64,000 nt of DNA from Paraspadella gotoi (Eukaryota > Animalia > Chaetognatha): positions 13,332,735-13,396,734 of the forward strand of contig CM119266.1 in NCBI GenBank assembly GCA_051294375.1. The letters run 5' to 3'. This document shows, piece after piece, positions 57,654-64,000 of the stretch (the stretch's first letter is position 1; each line of letters begins with the position of its first letter). The position numbers and the translations under genes were made by a program. The notes beneath the pieces are model-generated. The model saw only the letters and a list, made by a program, of their open reading frames with translations. It ran no database searches and was not told where the DNA came from.

Positions 57654-60600
57654 ACCGAAAGAGGGGCTCTTTTCCCTCAGACAACGGCTTCTATAAAGCT
57701 TTTTCTTTTGACGCTGAAGCGTTTCGCTGAACCGATGCTCCTCTGGCCGAGAGCGAGAGCGAGAGAGTTGAACCTGTGGCGACGGCGGTGAAGCGAGAGA
57801 ATTCGTCAATCGTCGTTAGACGAATCCGGGGACGAAGAGACAAGAGTTCACAACCGATTCACCGACTCTCACCGAAGAAGAGGAAAAAAAAATTATAATT
57901 GCCTTCATTCGAACTTATTTGAGAGTTGGAGAAAAAGTGTGTGGACGCGCGCGCGGACTAATTACGCAAATATAAAACTATAAAAGGTCTTTTTTTTGTA
58001 AGAAAAAGGGTCTTTGTCATCATTAAAAAAAAAATCTTCACCTCTACTGTCACACACAAAAAAGAACGCGAGATCACTCCAAACACACAAAAAAAAATTA
58101 TATATAATTTTTTTTTCTTTTTCCTTCATTCCCTCTTTTTGTCTCCGTCTCCCTCATTTCTTCTCCGACGATGTCTTCGTGCTACGCCGCCGACGGCGCC
58201 AATTCGACGCCCTCTTATAAAAAATCAGGCATCGACGAGGAGACGAAGGCGTTTCTCGACCGAGGCGACGGCAACCAAGTCATCGTGCGCATGCGCGGTC
58301 TTCCTTTCGACACGACAACGCGACAAATAGTGAGTAACCATCACGTTAAACTGCGAATCTCATAGCTTTCCTGTTTTGATATGTACCGCGTTTAGCTTTT
58401 GATGCTCGTGTTAGCCTATTTTATATATGTATCGCCCTTTACTCGCTTGATTCAATTAATTTCTCGATGCTTTTCTTCCATAAAGTTATAGTTAAAGGCT
58501 GAGACTGTATGACTGGCAATGTGCATTGTGCACTGGCTTTAACTTTTTTGATGGAAGAAAGGCCGGAAACTTTTCTCAAGTTTTTCATTGTTTTTTGTTA
58601 TGCCAAAATCTTGCGTTTTGAAAATAAAGAACTTTATAGCTATAAATCTTTACAAAACCATATAAAATTTTTAAGATTATTTTAAGATTATTTTCCTTAG
58701 AGAATTGACAAAGTTTTTGTTTGCAACTAATTTTATTTCAATTGAACATTGATTATTTTCCTTTAATCAAAAAGTAATTTTGTTATTTTGGAAACGCAAA
58801 TTTTAATTGTGAAAGTGAACGTTTCTCCTTTATAGCATCAATTGAAGTTAATTTTTAAAATTATCCCGAAAAACCGAGTTGAAATTGTAAAATTATCCCT
58901 CTTTCGATATTTTCTGCCTTTCACTACGAAAGCGGTCGGAAAGAACCGTAAAGTCCAAGACGTGTCACTATGAGAGGATCCGGACTTCGAGGTTTGATCA
59001 CAACTTGGTTAAAAAAATACGAAAAGGGGAGGGTTTGGCCGGTGTTGGGCGGATTGGGCTGAGGTGTTGGATGCTGTTGAAACATCCAGGTGGTTGTCGC
59101 TAAAAGGTTTAACCTTCAGAATAGCGTGTCGTTTCGAGCGGACAATAGTGCCAAATTTTAAAAATTATTGTACAATCCCAAAAATATATGTGGTCCCAAA
59201 GTCCAAAAACTTTTAAGAAACTTCTATAAAATATAACATTTTTTCACATTGGATAAAATTCCGTTAATAATAATTTATCATTTAAATAGCAATTATTCGT
59301 GATATTTGTCCGCTAGAAACGTTTTTACCAAGGCACCTTTTGGGAAATCGGCGTAATCGGTTCTGCGTAATTTTTCAGGTTGTGAGGAAAAAAGCTTGCC
59401 TATTGAAAGCAATGAAAGGGATGGTTCTAGGTTTAAATATTGTCACATATGCTTTTTCTAGCTATGAATTTTTTTTAAGTATTTTCTGATCTGAAAAGAT
59501 AGCATTAACGTTTGTTGCGTGAAGGTGATATTTTGAAAAGAAAATAAATTTTCAAAGCTAAATGGATTTTAAGAAATCGAAATCCATCACTCATACTTTA
59601 TTCATACACATACTAATCTAATTCATGAAACATAAACATTAAATCCTTATATTACGTACAACTTTTTACTAATTATCAAGTATTATGAGTGGCAAGCCGT
59701 AATTTTTTTTTTTTACATAGCTAGAATCTGAAATCAAAGTTTATTTTTTGTTAGGTGTTTTTTTCTTCCCCTTCAGCATATGTTACGGGTCATTTCTGGA
59801 TGTAGATTTAGATTCATCGATACCTCGTAATTATAGACGCTTGGTACTCGTCCTATTAATAAGGACTGGGCCTCTTCGGTTGTTTCGTTTTTTTGTTTTT
59901 TTTCGATCCAATAAAAATGAATTTGGGAGGGCATTGAAAAGGTTCTGAGGTTTTTTTTTTTTTTTTTTTTTTGCGTTTTAAAACTTTAGACAAAATTCCC
60001 ACGATTTCAAAATTGTTTCGTTATTAATTTGTTTTTAAAAAGGTTAAATAAGATTTAAAAATGTCCGCGCTGGTAATTTTGTCACATACCGGATCTTAAT
60101 TTTTTTTTTTTTTTTTACAAAACGCCTTAGCTATCATCTCTACTTGGTCGTCGGTTCTATATTTACATAGTTACCAATCCACAGCTTTTTTCTTCAAGAC
60201 TTGATTGCCGAACTAAAAAAAAAAAGTCACAGCACTCGATCCTGGATCAAAAATTGTCTCCTTTTTTGTTCCCGAGGCGAAAACTAAGAGATCGCGAGAG
60301 CTAAGTCTCTCACTAATTAAATTTTCTCCTTTACCCCACGATCTCCCCCCCTCCCCCTTACCCGTTCGCCCGCGACCTCCCCCCCTTTCAACCGTCCCAC
60401 TCCAGAATGAGTTCTTTGGCGAGGGCGACGGCGCCACGCAAGTGTTGGACGGAGAAGATGGCGTTTTGTTCGTCCGCATGGGCGACGGGCGCGCCACCGG
60501 TGACGCCTTCGTCATGTTCGAGAATGAAACGGAGGCTGAGTTAGCGTTGCGACGTAACAAGGAGACGATCGGCACGAGATACATCGAACTCTTTCGATCC

Positions 60601-61614
60601 ACTACGGCCGAAGTCCAGCAGGTCTGTGATGTGGTGCGGGAAGGACAATGATATTGACAGCGTCGGTTACTGTTTTTTAACTCAATTTTAAGTCATTCTG
60701 TGTCACATTGAAAGCTTGCAGGGTCTTGCTAAGAGGGATGGAGTGACTCAACCCTCCATTGTCTGTCAAAAGTCAGGAGTCAGGAGTTTTTATGTGTTGG
60801 GGACATAGTTTCCTTAATTTTTACAATATCTTAAACATTATTTGTATACAATTTTTTATTTGACCTTTTTATTTCTCGTGTATCTTCATATTTCTACCCG
60901 GGGTGAAATCAGTTCGAACGAAAGATTTCGAACGAAAGATTTCGAATCATGAAAAACTCACGCTTCGCGGAATTTCTTCAATTCCCGCTTTTTATTGACC
61001 CAGGTGTGCAAACGGTCCTCGCAAACTGTTAAAACGACTGTGACAACTCGCGACTCCAATCACAATTTGATTCCAGCTTCCGTTTCATGTGAGAATTATG
61101 AACCGAATCTTAGCTAATTTTTAATCAGTATTTTTACTGTTAAGTTAGTATTATATATCCTTTTTTGCCCTCAACCTACACCTCGCCGCAGCGCCGAGTC
61201 TGCCCCTGACGTCTACCATCCCCTCGATGCTGCCGCCGCCGATGCCGCCGCCCAGCACCGTGATGTCCGCCGTCAATGCCATGACGCCCTCTCAGGCGCC
61301 TTACCTCATTCCGGGCATCGCTAACCCGAGTGAGTGATAGTTTCTCTTTCTTTAAAAGGCTTTACGTTACCTTAACTGACCCTTCTCGAACTTATCCCAC
61401 CCTCAAAAGTCGCCCTGTTGCCTCCGACCTTGGCCGTGCCCACAATCCTCGCAACAGCGACCCACAAAAAGGACTGCATTCGGTTGCGCGGTCTGCCCTA
61501 CGAGGCCAAGATCGAGCATATCTTGGAGTTTCTCGGGATCGTTCACTCTTCTCACATCCTCCCTCAAGGCGTCCACATGGTCTTTAACGCGCAGGTCGGT
61601 CTAAAATCGAATTT

Positions 61615-61664
<50 letters not shown>

Positions 61665-63334
61665 CGTTGCTCCTCGATGGCTGTAAAATAATTAGTATCC
61701 TTCTAAAGTTCAACAACCGTTAATAGTATATATGCGGAAGAATTTTTCAATTCTTCACTAATCGCCCGCAGGGAACCCCCTCCGGAGAGGCCTTTATCCA
61801 AATGGACTCGGAACATTCGGCCGCCAAAACCGTCGAACAAAAACATTGCAAAAACATGTGCGTCAAACAGAAGCGACGCTACATCGAGGTCATGCAATGT
61901 TCCGTCGACGACATGAACAACGTGCTCGCTGGTGAGAGACATTTATCCTTTTATAAACTCTGAAAAAAATTAGGACAATAATGACGACAAATTCTCTCTT
62001 CTTTTTCCCAGGCGCGTCGGCAAAGCATCAAGCCTCGCAGGCGGCCGCCGCGGCAGCCGCGGCAGCCGCTGCCGCTCTGTCAATGCAACTTCCTGGCGCG
62101 CAGCTGCCTTCCGCCTCCAACGCTCTCTACCCGATTACTTCGACGGCGGGCTTCGATCACCTCTATTTCATGGCTGGAGCGGGTTCTGCTCCACCGCCGC
62201 CGCCGGCCCGCTCCAACGCTCCAGTCGGGCCGGGGGCCTCTTACGCTCAACCGACGGGGCTCATCGCGCCTCCCCCGCCGTCTATGACGCCCACGCAACT
62301 CAATCAGGCTTACATGCAAAGCGGTACGATGAAACCAAAATAAATGTCATTCATTTGTTCACGTTCATACCAATTTCCCCTCCTCCCCCCCCCAAAAAAA
62401 AAACCTCAAAAATTAGGCCCTCTTTCCGCCCGTATCCGCAGTATCAGTATTCGCAGCCGGCGCCGTATTACGGCATGTCCGTGCCCGGCGAGCAACGTTG
62501 GGCGCGGCGCCACCAAGCGTCTACGGCGCGTCGTCCCCCGCAGTCGCCGCTCTCGCCGCCGGCCAATTTGATGTACCCGGCGTCGTTGGGCGCTACGTCG
62601 CAGCGAAGCCCCGCGTGGCGCATCCTTCGGGTGCCGCGGCGGCCGCGGCCGCTAACGGCGCCTACTTTCCTCCCGTCTTTTACTACTATCCATCGCCGCC
62701 CGTGTCGCCATCGGCGTCTTATTACGGTCATCAGTACCCCGCTCAATCTTCCACCGTTCAAGGTCACTGCGGGGGGTTGCTAGGGGGAAGGGATGGGTTG
62801 TTCGAAAAGATCCGCGCTCCGCTTGGACCATAGTCTGGGCCTCGGTTAATTCCTTTTATCAATTAATAACTGAACTTTTATTATGCTTATCTTTCCTTTC
62901 TTTTACCATTTACAGAAACTTTAAAAAAAAATTACAGAATCAATGTTTTCGCAATTTTTGACCTTCGCGATTTGACCTCGACGCATTCTATTCTTCCTCC
63001 TCCTCTTCCTCTTCATCTTTGCCTCTTCATTGCATTGAACTAAAAATCCTTTCTCTCGTTTCTCATTGGATTTACAAAAACTCGTGAGAATGAGACATGA
63101 TTAAAATCTGCTTAAACTATAACTTTTTTTACTTCCCAGGATCCCCAACTGTCTCTTCCCTACCGGCTCTGCCCGCTCCGCCAGGAGTTGGGCAGCCCTT
63201 GTCTTCCGGTTCCTCGTCGACGGCAGGTAAAGGACCGTAAAATTAAACCTTACCCTAACCCTACCCTTTAAGTTTTCGTGTCACTAATTCTTTGAATTTT
63301 ATTTTCAGTGGAAGATATCAAGCATTCATATTGA
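48738..63334 (+). CDS. ESRP1/2 (fus): epithelial splicing regulatory protein / fusilli orthologue (DnaQ-like N-terminal domain + 3 qRRMs)
   Basis: In-frame exons 48738-48881 (LGSDETEIV), 49381-49561, 51180-51260 ([10 protein letters not shown]), 53485-53604 (DLRKEF), 55443-55532, 55888-55942, 56080-56187 (VRARGLPWQ), 56467-56645 ([24 protein letters not shown]), 58229-58329 (VRMRGLPF), 60406-60621 ([24 protein letters not shown]), ~61004-61088, ~61192-61329, ~61411-61594 ([19 protein letters not shown]), 61772-61932 ([14 protein letters not shown]), ~62012-62323, ~62418-62762 (YYPSPPVSP; indels), ~63140-63226, 63309-63334. Confidence 0.95.
51665..52861 (-). CDS. secreted single-domain C-type lectin with EPN motif, nested antisense in an ESRP intron
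   Basis: Exon 52861 (or ATG 52834)-52501 has a signal-like [14 protein letters not shown] and [24 protein letters not shown] phase-1 GT-AG splice joins exon 51840-51665: [58 protein letters not shown]. All four core CTLD Cys are present. Confidence 0.9.
52044..52220 (+). mobile_element. tRNA-headed SINE-like element, copy 3 (divergent subfamily; contains twister fold)
   Basis: TCAGC start, A-box-like TGGTGCCGGAGGCAA, B-box-like GGGTTCTTGCCC, then a twister fold at a similar offset to copies 1-2. Confidence 0.7.
52120..52197 (+). ncRNA. type-P5 twister ribozyme fold, catalytic core intact
   Basis: P5 TAGCAGT/ACTGCTA; P2 G(A)GG/CCC; L1 GACGG; TAA at 52145-52147; GC (T2) 52151-52152; P3 GTAACA/TGTTAC; G-CCTGA-TCCGAAGC-TCAAGG; T1 CCG:CGG and T2 GC:GC can both form. 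Confidence 0.8.
60730..60757 (+). mobile_element. truncated relic of the copy-3-type twister element
   Basis: TAAGAGGGATGGAGTGACTCAACCCTCC aligns with copy 3 TAAGAGGGACGGGGCGCTTAACCCGCC; P3/P4 are missing and TAA has become CAA. Confidence 0.4.
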
Positions 63335-64000
63335 AAGTCTTCTCCAGAAATGGCAAATATTTAGAAGAAACCTCGCGCGCCGCCGATGCCTCGTCATTTT
63401 TAATGCCCTGTCAATGCCGCGTCTCTCGCCGCATTCAATCGTTCGTTGCAACAAGAATGACGTATCATCGTTCGACCGCTTTGTTTTTTGTTTTTTTTCT
63501 CGTCAACGAACTCTTTATATCATCTTGCAGCAAAGCTCACTTCAAAACTCGCCTCCAGAAAAATAACACACTTTTTTATACAATTGTGCCATTCACATTT
63601 ATCCAAAGTGTCCCGCTAACAAAAAATTGCAAGTCTCGTTGTTTGCCTACGATTTACATTATTTTTTTTATTATTCTTAGCCTCGCAACATTATTTTGTT
63701 CGTTTCGACAAAAGATCGTCTCTTCGCTGTCTCATTGGCTACATTTTGTCCGGGTGCCGAAAAATTATGCCGAAATTTTTTTTTCTGTTAAAAATTTGGA
63801 TATAATTTTGCCGTGGCTAAACCGGGTTTTGACCTCTCGAGGCAAATTCGGAATTCGTTCTGTCGAAACTGTGATGAGTGGACTAGTCATCACTTAAAAA
63901 AAAACATTTTCACAAAAATAAATTGTAAATATTTTCCATTACCAAATTCCGCTAACGCACAAAGATTAACTACATTTTTATACCGCCTTTTTCCTCCTCT

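Noticed and set aside
63245-63268. Telomere-like CCCTAACCCTA
   Set aside because: Only about two imperfect units, inside an intron.

Overview
Animal (invertebrate-like) genomic DNA with AT-rich, microsatellite-laden introns, GC-rich exons, N-gaps and local indel noise. I reconstructed six spliced genes by hand. (1) A minus-strand gene with an unusual LRR + Ig + MALT1-type paracaspase architecture, running off the left edge. (2) A very large plus-strand coiled-coil/Gly/Gln/Pro-rich protein gene (~6.7-24.1 kb). (3) A minus-strand single-pass Cys-rich membrane protein. (4) A class A peptide-type GPCR scrambled by gaps and noisy inverted copies. (5) An ESRP1/2/fusilli orthologue (48.7-63.3 kb). 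(6) A two-exon EPN-type C-type lectin nested antisense in an ESRP intron. The most striking non-coding signal is a dispersed family of tRNA-headed SINE-like elements, each carrying a circularly permuted (type-P5) twister ribozyme fold: three clear copies with covarying stems and pseudoknot, plus two degenerate ones. The most intact copy lies sense within the ESRP pre-mRNA. Also notable are a reciprocal A-B-A' / C-B-C' pattern suggesting a ~1.15 kb inversion of a promoter-like segment between two divergent genes, and a CCA-tailed tRNA-Leu 3'-half retrocopy. All calls are from manual reading; no searches were run.
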